Source: Escherichia phage vB_EcoM_ESCO9
Direction: 5' to 3' (one strand)
Sequence record: OM386654.1
Length of the DNA stretch: 64,000 bases
Shown: piece after piece, positions 26,082 through 35,388 of the stretch
Layout of the letters: each line of letters opens with the position of its first letter
How positions within the stretch are numbered: position 1 is the first letter of the stretch
The notes under the pieces: generated by a model
Told to the model about the DNA's origin: nothing
Databases searched by the model: none
Seen by the model: only the letters and a program-made list of their open reading frames with translations
Translations under genes and position numbers: made by a program

Positions 26082-26469
26082 CAATGGTATGAACCTGGAC
26101 TCTGGTCTGTCTCCAAAGATTTCTATGGCACGACTGGAACAAGTTACTGGTCTTCGTCAAGTAAGTAATGGCGGTAAGATTATTCGTGATGACGCTGTAC
26201 CTTTTAATAAGTTTCAGATTGAACGTCATTACGATCCTGTAACTGCAAGCCTCACTGGTGTAACTTTCTCAGGTTATCGTACTGCCGGATACCAGCGTAA
26301 AGTTGTAGCTGAACGTATTAAGAGTCGCAAACAGAAAATTGCGACATTGAAGAAACTGGTAGAGAAAGATGTTTCAGAACTTCTTAACCTGTATGAAACT
26401 CTTGAGACAAAAGGTGAAGATCATAAACTCTTCTCTAAAGAAGATGTAAGCGTAATTTTCACTGATTAA
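26038..26469 (+). CDS. Hypothetical protein (143 aa)
   Basis: ATG overlapping MTase 3' end; RBS GGAGGAACG. Confidence 0.4.
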   Translation: MSTLNSKITLKALINNGMNLDSGLSPKISMARLEQVTGLRQVSNGGKIIRDDAVPFNKFQIERHYDPVTASLTGVTFSGYRTAGYQRKVVAERIKSRKQKIATLKKLVEKDVSELLNLYETLETKGEDHKLFSKEDVSVIFTD

Positions 26470-26473
26470 GATA

Positions 26474-26506
26474 AAAGAAAAGGAGCCTAATGGCTCCTTT
26501 TTGTTT
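26474..26506. terminator. Bidirectional intrinsic terminator at convergent junction (A-run, AAGGAGCC-TAAT-GGCTCCTT, T-run)
   Basis: Perfect 8-bp stem flanked by A-tract and T-tract between last plus-strand gene and first minus-strand gene. Confidence 0.6.
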
Positions 26507-28391
26507 ATGTAACATTGACTGTAAATCTGACAAGAGGTGATAACACGTCATTATCAGCATCATAGTGTGCAACATCAAACACTGTTGTACCTGCTGCAAA
26601 TCCATATTGTTCAACCTGATCTGCATAAGTAAATGTGTAAGTGTTAGTATCCAGGGTTTGTTCTGTAAGAATTGCTGCTGTGAGGACGTTTACATTTCGG
26701 AAGTAATGTTTAGTATATCCTGCTGGTTCCCAAGAGACAATTGCATCTTGGTTAGCTTGTCTTACAGCGGCTCCTCCTGTTGGAACAGACATATCAACCC
26801 AAACAGGTGACGCTGATGTTAAGTCTGTACCGTCTGCTGCCGATTTAGCAAGTTTTGTAGCTGCTGTTTGATATACAGAAGAAATATAATGGATACGACC
26901 ATCAATACCTTCTTCATAAACATAACCACTGTAACGTTCAGCACCATCTACCCAAGAACCAATTATAACATCATCACGTGCTGTAGAGATGGTTCTTTGT
27001 ACATTTCTGTACTTCTGCCAATCCACACCATTAACTTCTACACCATATAAATAAGAACGTCCTAGGATCTGCCAAACAATTTTTGCTTGAGAAGCAGGAA
27101 CTATTGTACGCATCTTATCAAAGATAGCTATCGTAGCATCATGGTAACGTGTAGTGTTACTGTACCTACCTGCAACAGTCGAAGATGCTGATACAGCATC
27201 ATTTTCACCTTGTCCCCAAATAATTGCTTTAACCTTACTTGCATAAGGTGTGACTTTAGTGATAAAGTTAGTTAAGCATGGCCCATCTGCTGTGTTATCC
27301 AGATCATACCAGTAGTTGTCTGGTGTTCCTGTTCCGGCTTTATCATCTGCATATTTATCTGCTGCTGATGATCCAGAAGCTGCATTTAACGGAAGAACTT
27401 CAGCATTTGCTAAACCACGTTGCGTAGCATATGCATTACGGGCTGTTGTGCTACTCATTGCTGCTTTATTTGCACCAGATAGTTCTGTAAAGTGTGCATT
27501 TACGTTATCTTGTCCAGCAAAGACAATAACTTCTTTAATGAATGAATCATCTGTAGCTATTGAGCTATTAAAGATAACGGCTGCTGCTTTGGTGCTCTTA
27601 ACGCTAATTTTAAGGTATGTTGGAGCAAACCCATAAAGAGGAATAGAGTCAGAGATATCAAAGTAGGCGTAAGTATTTGTGGTTGTTGTAGTCCACTGGA
27701 CACTATTATCACTTAAATCTAATACTTCTACAGTATAAGTATCACCATCTAGCGGATCAGTTACATCCCAAGCAACACGAACGTCTCCATAACTGTTTGC
27801 CACGGCTGTTACATTAGAAATAACAGGAATAGCATTAACACCTAAATAAGAACTATCAGAGGCCACAACTGTTCCTTGATACGTTGCAGTACAACCTATA
27901 CGGCAATTACCATCTTTAAGAGCAGTTATTAATCCTGTAGGGCTTACAGTAGCTACTTCTGGATCTGTTGTGGTGTACGTAATTACCATGTCTGGAAGAT
28001 CTTTAGCACCTTCTGGACTGATTGTAGCAACCAACTGTTGAGTAGTGCCTACATCCATAGCTGATAGACTTTCAGTGTACACGCTTAATTCTGAAGCATA
28101 ACCACCAGATTGATCAGTTAAGACAGCACCTAAATTATTTTTAGCTGTCATTATTGCATCAAAACCACCTTCGGCAACAAACTCCATCATACCACTATTA
28201 TCTATAACCATTTTGGTATTATCTGAAGATGAAAAAGCTATATCAAATAACGCACCATCTTCCGGTGAAACTGTGTATGTCAGTTGCTTTTTACTACCAA
28301 CTATTGCAATACCAATAGAGGAAGTGGTTATAGATGTAGCTGTTACTACTGAAGCTGATGTTGTTGACATAAATAAAGGAATAGGATACAT
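26505..28391 (-). CDS. Tail fiber/structural protein with Ig-like (Big_2-type) domain and possible SGNH/SASA-type carbohydrate esterase domain
   Basis: TYTTTDPEVATVSPTGLITALKDGNCRIGCTATYQG resembles Big_2; AIIWGQGENDA resembles sialate-O-acetylesterase-type motif; position at start of late structural block. Confidence 0.45.
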   Translation of the reverse strand: MYPIPLFMSTTSASVVTATSITTSSIGIAIVGSKKQLTYTVSPEDGALFDIAFSSSDNTKMVIDNSGMMEFVAEGGFDAIMTAKNNLGAVLTDQSGGYASELSVYTESLSAMDVGTTQQLVATISPEGAKDLPDMVITYTTTDPEVATVSPTGLITALKDGNCRIGCTATYQGTVVASDSSYLGVNAIPVISNVTAVANSYGDVRVAWDVTDPLDGDTYTVEVLDLSDNSVQWTTTTTNTYAYFDISDSIPLYGFAPTYLKISVKSTKAAAVIFNSSIATDDSFIKEVIVFAGQDNVNAHFTELSGANKAAMSSTTARNAYATQRGLANAEVLPLNAASGSSAADKYADDKAGTGTPDNYWYDLDNTADGPCLTNFITKVTPYASKVKAIIWGQGENDAVSASSTVAGRYSNTTRYHDATIAIFDKMRTIVPASQAKIVWQILGRSYLYGVEVNGVDWQKYRNVQRTISTARDDVIIGSWVDGAERYSGYVYEEGIDGRIHYISSVYQTAATKLAKSAADGTDLTSASPVWVDMSVPTGGAAVRQANQDAIVSWEPAGYTKHYFRNVNVLTAAILTEQTLDTNTYTFTYADQVEQYGFAAGTTVFDVAHYDADNDVLSPLVRFTVNVT

Positions 28392-28410
28392 TTAATCTCC
28401 TTAAATAATA

Positions 28411-28426
28411 AGCCCCCGAAGGGGCT
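28411..28426. other. Stem-loop AGCCCC-CGAA-GGGGCT between tail fiber genes
   Basis: Perfect 6-bp inverted repeat; T-run on plus side. Confidence 0.35.
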
Positions 28427-28430
28427 TTGA

Positions 28431-30392
28431 TTATGTGCGTTTAGCAACAATAGCATCTACGTAATCGCCAACACCACAATATGTTAGTTGTAGTATTGTT
28501 ACTCCGTTAGGATCTGTATTAATATCACTAGAACCAATTACTTTGTAAGATGGATCTAAAGTAACAGTACGACCTCCAGTGGCATCTTGGATAAGATAAA
28601 CTATTGCAGAGAATGGTTTAGGTTTTGTGCTATCTTCGACACCAGGCCATGCTTTTATAGTAGAGTTACCAGTAAGATTCAACACATTCATGTTATGTGT
28701 TCCTGGAGGTGTCCAGTCACCTGTAACAGAGTTGTTGGTGTATGCTGTAACCTCTATAAAATTAGTTGTTACTTTTGTTGGAACTATATCTTGACCATCT
28801 ACAGAACTAGTGAGTTCTTCCCATGCTCCATCTTTACGAGCATAGATCTTACCGTCACTAGGTGCATCTGTGATGCTAGGCAGTGTACCTTGAGAAGTCC
28901 AGGCAGTTGCAGATGTTTTTAAGAACACCTCACCAGTGGAGATATTAAAGGCATAATCACCTTGTTTACCATCACTAGAAATTGGATCTGTTGTTTTAAC
29001 AATCCAAGTTGCACCGTCTGTACCGTTAGTACCAGCGTCACCTTTTTCACCCTTATCACCTTTCAAACTACCCATATCTACATATTCAGCAGTTTGAGTT
29101 TGTTCATCATAGGTGTAAATGTAAAGATGACCTGTATCTTCCGTCAGATAAGCATCACCGTAATTGGCTGTAGGAGGAAGTGCACTTGCAGACGCAACGT
29201 GTCCTTTTGCAGTGATTGGAGTACCAGCTAAACGACCAACATTTGTCCACTGTGTGGCTCCTTGCAACCAAACCCAAAGTTCATTATTGATCAGATAACC
29301 ATCACCATCTTCTCCAGTTTGTGGTAGTTCAGAAGTGTCAGTCAGAATATCAATAATTGTCAACCCTGCACCAGTTGGCCCCGTCAAGCCTTGTATACCC
29401 TGCTCACCTTGATCACCCTTGTCTCCCTTATCACCTTTTTCTCCTTTCAGAGAGGCAATATATTCATCAATAGTACCAACGTTACCAGCATTTAACCAGA
29501 CTTGATAAGCAGAATCACCAGTGTTACCCTTATCTCCTTTGTCGCCTTTATCTCCTTTTGGCCCCACTATAGCGCCCATATTGATCCATTCTACACCGTT
29601 TGACACGTATAGATATGTACCAATACTCCATGCTTGAGATGTGTTTCCAGGAGATGCAGAAGGAAGATCTGAAACAGAATTAGCTGCACCTTGGTAATCA
29701 AAACCATTAGCATTATTACCTGGTACACCTTGTGGCCCCTCTGGGCCAGGTTCCCCTTTATCACCTTTAATTGAAGCAAGATAATCTAGTTCTGTACCTT
29801 CATTTCCTGCTGCAAGCCATACTTCATAAGCAGATTTACCTTCTGGCCCCTGTGAGTTTACTTTTCTCCAAGCAGTGCCATCCCAAGCATACATATTCTC
29901 GCCTACAATCCATGCGTCACCTGCATTGTTTCCAGTTGTAGGTAATTGGTTGGTATTAGACAGCGTTCCTAATAGCTTTAATGGAGCACCTGGATCGCCT
30001 TTTAAAGAAGCCAACCACTCTGCCTCAGTACCTTGGAAACCATTGTCTACGGCAATCTGGTAAGCTGATTTACCAGCTTCTGGAATGGACTCTCTAAGAT
30101 CTTCAATTTCAGCTTCAATAGCATCTAATTCTGATTCTATTTGAGCAATGTCATCTGCATTACCCACATTTTTCCAAGCTGTATCTGAAATCCCTCCAGT
30201 AGATGTAGGAGTAGAGTTAGCAGGTACAACTTTAGGTAGAGAACCTTTCCACTGATAGTAGTTACCGTCAGTTTCAAAGAGCAATGCTTCACGAGCATCT
30301 CTTAAGGTAAAACCACTTGCAAAACTTCTACGCTTTCTATAGCGAGACTCTACCATGTCTGCAATGGCACTATTTGGACGTGTTAAAATCAC
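28431..30392 (-). CDS. Tail fiber protein with collagen-like Gly-X-Y repeats
   Basis: Multiple GxY tracts (GPKGDKGDKGDKG, KGEKGDKGDKGDQGEQGIQGLTGPTG, KGDKGEKGDAGTNG) and a thrice-repeated SAYxVW...LASxKG module. Confidence 0.6.
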   Translation of the reverse strand: MILTRPNSAIADMVESRYRKRRSFASGFTLRDAREALLFETDGNYYQWKGSLPKVVPANSTPTSTGGISDTAWKNVGNADDIAQIESELDAIEAEIEDLRESIPEAGKSAYQIAVDNGFQGTEAEWLASLKGDPGAPLKLLGTLSNTNQLPTTGNNAGDAWIVGENMYAWDGTAWRKVNSQGPEGKSAYEVWLAAGNEGTELDYLASIKGDKGEPGPEGPQGVPGNNANGFDYQGAANSVSDLPSASPGNTSQAWSIGTYLYVSNGVEWINMGAIVGPKGDKGDKGDKGNTGDSAYQVWLNAGNVGTIDEYIASLKGEKGDKGDKGDQGEQGIQGLTGPTGAGLTIIDILTDTSELPQTGEDGDGYLINNELWVWLQGATQWTNVGRLAGTPITAKGHVASASALPPTANYGDAYLTEDTGHLYIYTYDEQTQTAEYVDMGSLKGDKGEKGDAGTNGTDGATWIVKTTDPISSDGKQGDYAFNISTGEVFLKTSATAWTSQGTLPSITDAPSDGKIYARKDGAWEELTSSVDGQDIVPTKVTTNFIEVTAYTNNSVTGDWTPPGTHNMNVLNLTGNSTIKAWPGVEDSTKPKPFSAIVYLIQDATGGRTVTLDPSYKVIGSSDINTDPNGVTILQLTYCGVGDYVDAIVAKRT

Positions 30393-30410
30393 TTTACTAC
30401 TCCTTTTATA

Positions 30411-30428
30411 AAGGGGCTTTCGCCCCTT
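30411..30428. other. Stem-loop AAGGGGC-TTTC-GCCCCTT
   Basis: Perfect 7-bp inverted repeat between two minus-strand fiber genes, T-run on plus side. Confidence 0.35.
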
Positions 30429-30433
30429 TTTAA

Positions 30434-32848
30434 TTAAGCATTATTGACAGTAACAAAAGTAACAGGGTTCAGAGCTTTAATTTGTGTATTCTCTGCTGTA
30501 GGTGTTACAATTGGATCTGCAATATCTATTGTGTACAAACTATTTGTCACATATGTAGCACGTGCTATAGTTGTCACAAGATCGCCGCCATTTGCACCTG
30601 CACCTGGAATAACAATCTTAGTACCTGCTGCTTTAGCGTAGCCATTACTAGCCCAGTTTAAAGCATTAGACTGTAGATAGGTTTGACCTGTAACAGTTGC
30701 TTTTATTTTCTCGTTGGCACTAAAGAAAGCACCACCTACTGTAACAACATGTTTTTTACCGCTTGCACAATGAATAACTGTTCCAGTAGGGAATTCACGC
30801 CCACCTGGGAATTCATCATAAGCTGTAAAATATTGTTCAGAGATAGTAGTTAAAACTGGCCCACGATGACCTGTTCCATCAACAGCAGTTGGAACACCAA
30901 AGTTATTTCCAACCTGATCGCAACGATCCGTGTAGATTTTAGCAAAAGAAACTGTTGTTTCATCTCCGCTAAGTGCTGTACATCCTACCCACTTCATATA
31001 CGTGAATTGGCTGCGAGTATAGAAACCGCCACCACTTCCTTCTCCGCTTCCGTGTTGACCAATAAAGTCAATACTACGGCAACGAATATTATTAAAGGTA
31101 GAGCTAGATGGTAGCCCACGCCATTTAAAAACATTACAATTGATATTACTAACAATTGTAGAGTTTTCCCAGTCATCTGATCCAGATGTTGCAATCTCAA
31201 TTGAAGATTCTGGAATATCCAAATTCTTAATTGTAAAGTTAATTGGTGGCCCCGCATATCTTCCACTGTTAACACCCCAGTCAATAAAGACCATGCGTGT
31301 TGAAACAGACGGATCATTAAGCAGATAACCAGTTAAACCATCAACTTCAAAATCTTGGCATCCGTATAATGCAACACCACAAGTAGTTAAACCTGTACCT
31401 GTTGAAACTGCTGTGTTAGGATAAACTTCATTATCACGTATTGTGAAGTTTTTACCCATTTCAACGTGTAAACATTGACGGCAATTGTAAACCCTATTCC
31501 CAACGATACTGAAATTACGTACATATTGTGAATCAGGAACATCAACACCATATGGGCCACTACCTGCTACACCAATACCAATACCCCAGTTTGCACCTTG
31601 TCCAGAAGCATCTACGTTAGCAATGTGGTTATTCTCGATAATCAAACCTTCAGTGTAGTGTTTTTGAACTACGTTAAGTTCAATAGCATCACCTTTAATA
31701 TCGTGAATATAGTTGTTAGAGTAACGCCCGTAGGTCATTACTTCTCCAGTACCTTGTTGCAGGATCGCATATTTACAACCATACATTTCGTTGTAACTGA
31801 AGTCCAACGTACCTTCACTTGTCATTGCTTGCATTAAGAATGCTGCTGTAGATGTTGCGTTGGAGAAGATATTACGATAGAATCGGCAATCGCCACCTAA
31901 CATCTTAACATAACATTTTTCAAAGCGAACGTTTTCCATCCAACAGGACACAGTAGAAATCATTGTTCCACCGTTACCAGTGAATGTACCACCATACCAA
32001 CGAATACCAGACATAGCAATTGAGCTTGTGAATCTATAATTCTTATCTGCACGTACTTGAATGTTATTCGTGTTAGCGAAAGTAATGGTTTTTAAAATTG
32101 CTTGGGTATCATCGGTAACTCCATCACCAATTGCACCAAACTGCTCAGGCGTTACAAAGTATTGAGCTTGTAACAGGTTGCCTCCAGATGGAAGACCAAC
32201 CATTGCTGCACCAGTGGTAGATGACAAAAGGTTTTTCTCTACGTAAGAAGTAGAGGCTGTTGTTTTACCAATAAAAGCAAACAATTTGTTAGGTAGACCA
32301 GTAGACGGATCTAAACCTAATGGTTCTGCCAGAATAATTTTACTATCTTTGATAGTAAATGCTTCACCTTGAATCTGAATTACACCGTTAATGGTGACAA
32401 TAGCATTATCAAAGATATAAGGAGGACTGATTTCTGTTTCATATCCTGTAGCACCTTTAAAATACCAAGGATACACATCTGAAGCTAACTGTTCAGTTTT
32501 AAGAGCGTACAGAGTCCAGTTACTATCTCCTACAGGTGTACCCTGCATAGGTACAGGGTTAGCAGTAGTGGCAGATGGGGCATAATAGTATCCACTCAAG
32601 ATACCGTTTTCAAAATAACGTAACTGGTTAAATACAGTTTCAGTTGATCCTGCTGACCAAGCAACAGGACTCTTAAAGAAGAAGTTATCAACAAGTGCTT
32701 TACGCAGTGTAGGTATTAAACCTGTTTCGGTTTCTACAGTTGCTGTAGCATCCCCATTAATAACATCATGCATCTGGTTAGACGAGAATATAACCAGATC
32801 AACACCTTGTTCTAGTGTCGTAGCAGGATATGTTGGAAAATTCGCCAT
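30434..32848 (-). CDS. Tailspike-like protein, probable right-handed beta-helix (pectate-lyase fold) domain
   Basis: 804 aa; repetitive N/G/T-rich segments (NNYIHDIKGDAIELN, VGNRVYNC) typical of parallel beta-helix repeats. Confidence 0.5.
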   Translation of the reverse strand: MANFPTYPATTLEQGVDLVIFSSNQMHDVINGDATATVETETGLIPTLRKALVDNFFFKSPVAWSAGSTETVFNQLRYFENGILSGYYYAPSATTANPVPMQGTPVGDSNWTLYALKTEQLASDVYPWYFKGATGYETEISPPYIFDNAIVTINGVIQIQGEAFTIKDSKIILAEPLGLDPSTGLPNKLFAFIGKTTASTSYVEKNLLSSTTGAAMVGLPSGGNLLQAQYFVTPEQFGAIGDGVTDDTQAILKTITFANTNNIQVRADKNYRFTSSIAMSGIRWYGGTFTGNGGTMISTVSCWMENVRFEKCYVKMLGGDCRFYRNIFSNATSTAAFLMQAMTSEGTLDFSYNEMYGCKYAILQQGTGEVMTYGRYSNNYIHDIKGDAIELNVVQKHYTEGLIIENNHIANVDASGQGANWGIGIGVAGSGPYGVDVPDSQYVRNFSIVGNRVYNCRQCLHVEMGKNFTIRDNEVYPNTAVSTGTGLTTCGVALYGCQDFEVDGLTGYLLNDPSVSTRMVFIDWGVNSGRYAGPPINFTIKNLDIPESSIEIATSGSDDWENSTIVSNINCNVFKWRGLPSSSTFNNIRCRSIDFIGQHGSGEGSGGGFYTRSQFTYMKWVGCTALSGDETTVSFAKIYTDRCDQVGNNFGVPTAVDGTGHRGPVLTTISEQYFTAYDEFPGGREFPTGTVIHCASGKKHVVTVGGAFFSANEKIKATVTGQTYLQSNALNWASNGYAKAAGTKIVIPGAGANGGDLVTTIARATYVTNSLYTIDIADPIVTPTAENTQIKALNPVTFVTVNNA

Positions 32849-33189
32849 TAATTTTTGTCCTTACTTTGTGTGCGCTTCGTAATCTCCTCTAACATTAATT
32901 GAACAGGAGCATTTTTTAAATCCATTATTTTTTCAATCTTCTGTTCTAAGGCAGTGTTATTTGCCATTAATGTAGAGTTGATCTGGTTAAGCATTTGAGC
33001 AAGTTCTGCTTTGGTAGCATAAGTGGATTCAACAAACACCAACTTCTTTTCTAGTTCGCGGTATTTGTCTTCCATTTTATCCAAATCACTTGCCATATCA
33101 TCTATCTTCTGTTTGAAGACCACCCAGATTACGCCAATAAGAGGGATAATCGCCTCTTTAGCGATATCCCATACTTCTGTTAGCTCCAT
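32848..33189 (-). CDS. Hypothetical protein with one TM helix and coiled coil (113 aa)
   Basis: IIPLIGVIWVVF hydrophobic helix then charged coiled-coil. Confidence 0.4.
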   Translation of the reverse strand: MELTEVWDIAKEAIIPLIGVIWVVFKQKIDDMASDLDKMEDKYRELEKKLVFVESTYATKAELAQMLNQINSTLMANNTALEQKIEKIMDLKNAPVQLMLEEITKRTQSKDKN

Positions 33190-33198
33190 ACATTGCCC

Positions 33199-33750
33199 CT
33201 ATTTCTTAGGTCTTGTAGGCCAAGTTATATTAGGTGCATCTTCAACGTTAATTTGAATTAATGTTGCACGATAGAGTTTAACTTTTCCTAACCAATCTTT
33301 TTGTTCTTCAGATAAACCTTGTAATTCCTCTAAATCTTGAATCGCAGACACTTGATTCGTAGCCCAAGTTAGCTCCTTTTCTAACTTAAGAGTAGCATCT
33401 TCAATAGCAAGATTATTGTGAGGAACAAACTTACCTTCAACATATTGCCAAGAGCCAATATTACTTTCATCTTCTATTTTATCTGGTACATTATATGTAA
33501 CTAAAATAGATTGTCCGGCAGGGAAATAGGTAGTAACATCTTTAGTAGCACCACGTACAATATTATTATCATCTAAGGTAATAAAATAAGCGTCGGGATA
33601 TTCTACCATCAAAGTTTTTTGAAGCTGATACCAGTCGTTACCATCTTTGTCTTGCAAAAAACCACCACCAACAGAAAGATAAAGAATATTTTCTTCTGTT
33701 AATTCTGGTTCATACAATTCAAAACCTGTAAAAATAACGTCTTTTTTCAT
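33199..33750 (-). CDS. Hypothetical tail-associated protein (183 aa)
   Basis: ORF within fiber gene cluster. Confidence 0.35.
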   Translation of the reverse strand: MKKDVIFTGFELYEPELTEENILYLSVGGGFLQDKDGNDWYQLQKTLMVEYPDAYFITLDDNNIVRGATKDVTTYFPAGQSILVTYNVPDKIEDESNIGSWQYVEGKFVPHNNLAIEDATLKLEKELTWATNQVSAIQDLEELQGLSEEQKDWLGKVKLYRATLIQINVEDAPNITWPTRPKK

Positions 33751-33759
33751 AGACTCTCC

Positions 33760-34743
33760 TTACGAAACGTTGGTTACTGTTATCCAGCTACCATTAATAT
33801 AATATTGTAGCGGGGCTGACCAATACCAAGCACCACGAAGTTCTTTCTTGTCACCAAAACCCCAACCTGTGATCACGTGACCAGCATAGAAACGAGACTC
33901 AGACACACCAGCTTGGATACGTGTTCCAAGACGGATAGCAGACACAACAGAAGAAACTCTATTGTTAATGCTATTAATTTGGCCTTGCAAGTTACTATTA
34001 ACGTTGTTAATATTATTTTGCAGTGTGCTTTGCAATGAGTTTAGTCTGGAGTTAAGATAATCTAATCTTACAAGAGCATTACCATTACCAGTATCTTGAC
34101 CAGAATTAGAGCGAGGGTTGTCTATTAAAACATAACCTGCATCATATAAACGGACTGCACAAGATGTTCCTCCAGTCGATGGGTTCATTCTATAAATATA
34201 GAGTTGACCACCTGCACCTGGTTCAGAGGACATATTACCTACTGTTTGTCCGTTGTAGTTTCTAAAAAATAATGTTGCAGGATCTGTAGCACCTGTACCA
34301 CAAGTGTAAATATCACCTGCATAGATAGCACCACCATTATCACGCTTAACAAGAACATTCCCTACAACTTGGTTTGATGTTGCGTCTGTAATGTTAGCTG
34401 ATAAGTGATTATGGCTGTTATCTACGACTTGAATAGATAATGTTACAGCAGCATTACCATTCCATGTAACTTCACCTGTAGCATCACCTGCCATTGTAAT
34501 TTTAGTACCGACTATAGGAAGATATGTAGTAGGCAATGTTGGGAAGAATTCATCTTGCATATAGCGAATCCAAGACCCAATATTGTTTAAGATCCAGTTC
34601 ATTTCTTCACAAGTCATAATCTGACCAAAGTCCATACCAACATTACGGATGGTTTCTTTTGGTCTAATCTTGTTTGTGTTTCCCGTTCCTGGGAGGGTTA
34701 CTGTTTGTGTCGCCCAGTCAGGGTAGTATTGTGGCTTTGCCAT
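33760..34743 (-). CDS. Tail fiber protein (327 aa)
   Basis: N/Q/S-rich coiled segment (NINNVNSNLQGQINSINN) typical of fiber shafts. Confidence 0.45.
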   Translation of the reverse strand: MAKPQYYPDWATQTVTLPGTGNTNKIRPKETIRNVGMDFGQIMTCEEMNWILNNIGSWIRYMQDEFFPTLPTTYLPIVGTKITMAGDATGEVTWNGNAAVTLSIQVVDNSHNHLSANITDATSNQVVGNVLVKRDNGGAIYAGDIYTCGTGATDPATLFFRNYNGQTVGNMSSEPGAGGQLYIYRMNPSTGGTSCAVRLYDAGYVLIDNPRSNSGQDTGNGNALVRLDYLNSRLNSLQSTLQNNINNVNSNLQGQINSINNRVSSVVSAIRLGTRIQAGVSESRFYAGHVITGWGFGDKKELRGAWYWSAPLQYYINGSWITVTNVS

Positions 34744-34756
34744 TAAGAGTAACTCC

Positions 34757-35386
34757 TTATTCTATTTGAGCTATCAGCATAGTCATTCGCCCTGTATCAT
34801 CTCCTTCAGCCTCTGTGTAAAGAGAACCTAAACCACCTATACCATGAGGTGGAGTTGTGGCATAATAGGAAGTGAAACCAAAGGCTGCACCAGCTTTCGC
34901 ACCTAAGCGATAACTACTTAGGATCGGGAAAACGTTAAGTAACTGTGCTACTGCCTGATCGGATTGTAGACACAAATTATAAAAGAATACGTCGAATGTT
35001 TTATTTAATCCAACGTATGTATTGATCGTTTCTTTTTCTGTTCCTGTAAAACGAGCGAACATATCAATGATATCATCTCGCGTACCAGAAGACGCAACAC
35101 GATAAGCCCTGATTTTTAATATTGTACGATACTCTTCATCTGTAGCACCATTTCTTTCCATCCCCATCTCTTCACCAATAAGATCTAAATACTTACCAGT
35201 TGCAGTAGAGATTAAGCGGTGTTTGGCAAGATAGATCATTGCCTGATCTATCTTTTGTTTTTCGCTAGAAATGATATAGAGTAGTTTGACAATGTTCGGA
35301 GAAGATTTAAAATCTTCAATCAGTAGGTCTTTAACATCTTCATTGATACTATCCCACGTTGTCACATGGTCAACACTCACTGCCAT
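34757..35386 (-). CDS. Baseplate-associated protein (209 aa)
   Basis: Position adjacent to baseplate J-like gene. Confidence 0.35.
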   Translation of the reverse strand: MAVSVDHVTTWDSINEDVKDLLIEDFKSSPNIVKLLYIISSEKQKIDQAMIYLAKHRLISTATGKYLDLIGEEMGMERNGATDEEYRTILKIRAYRVASSGTRDDIIDMFARFTGTEKETINTYVGLNKTFDVFFYNLCLQSDQAVAQLLNVFPILSSYRLGAKAGAAFGFTSYYATTPPHGIGGLGSLYTEAEGDDTGRMTMLIAQIE

Positions 35387-35388
35387 TT

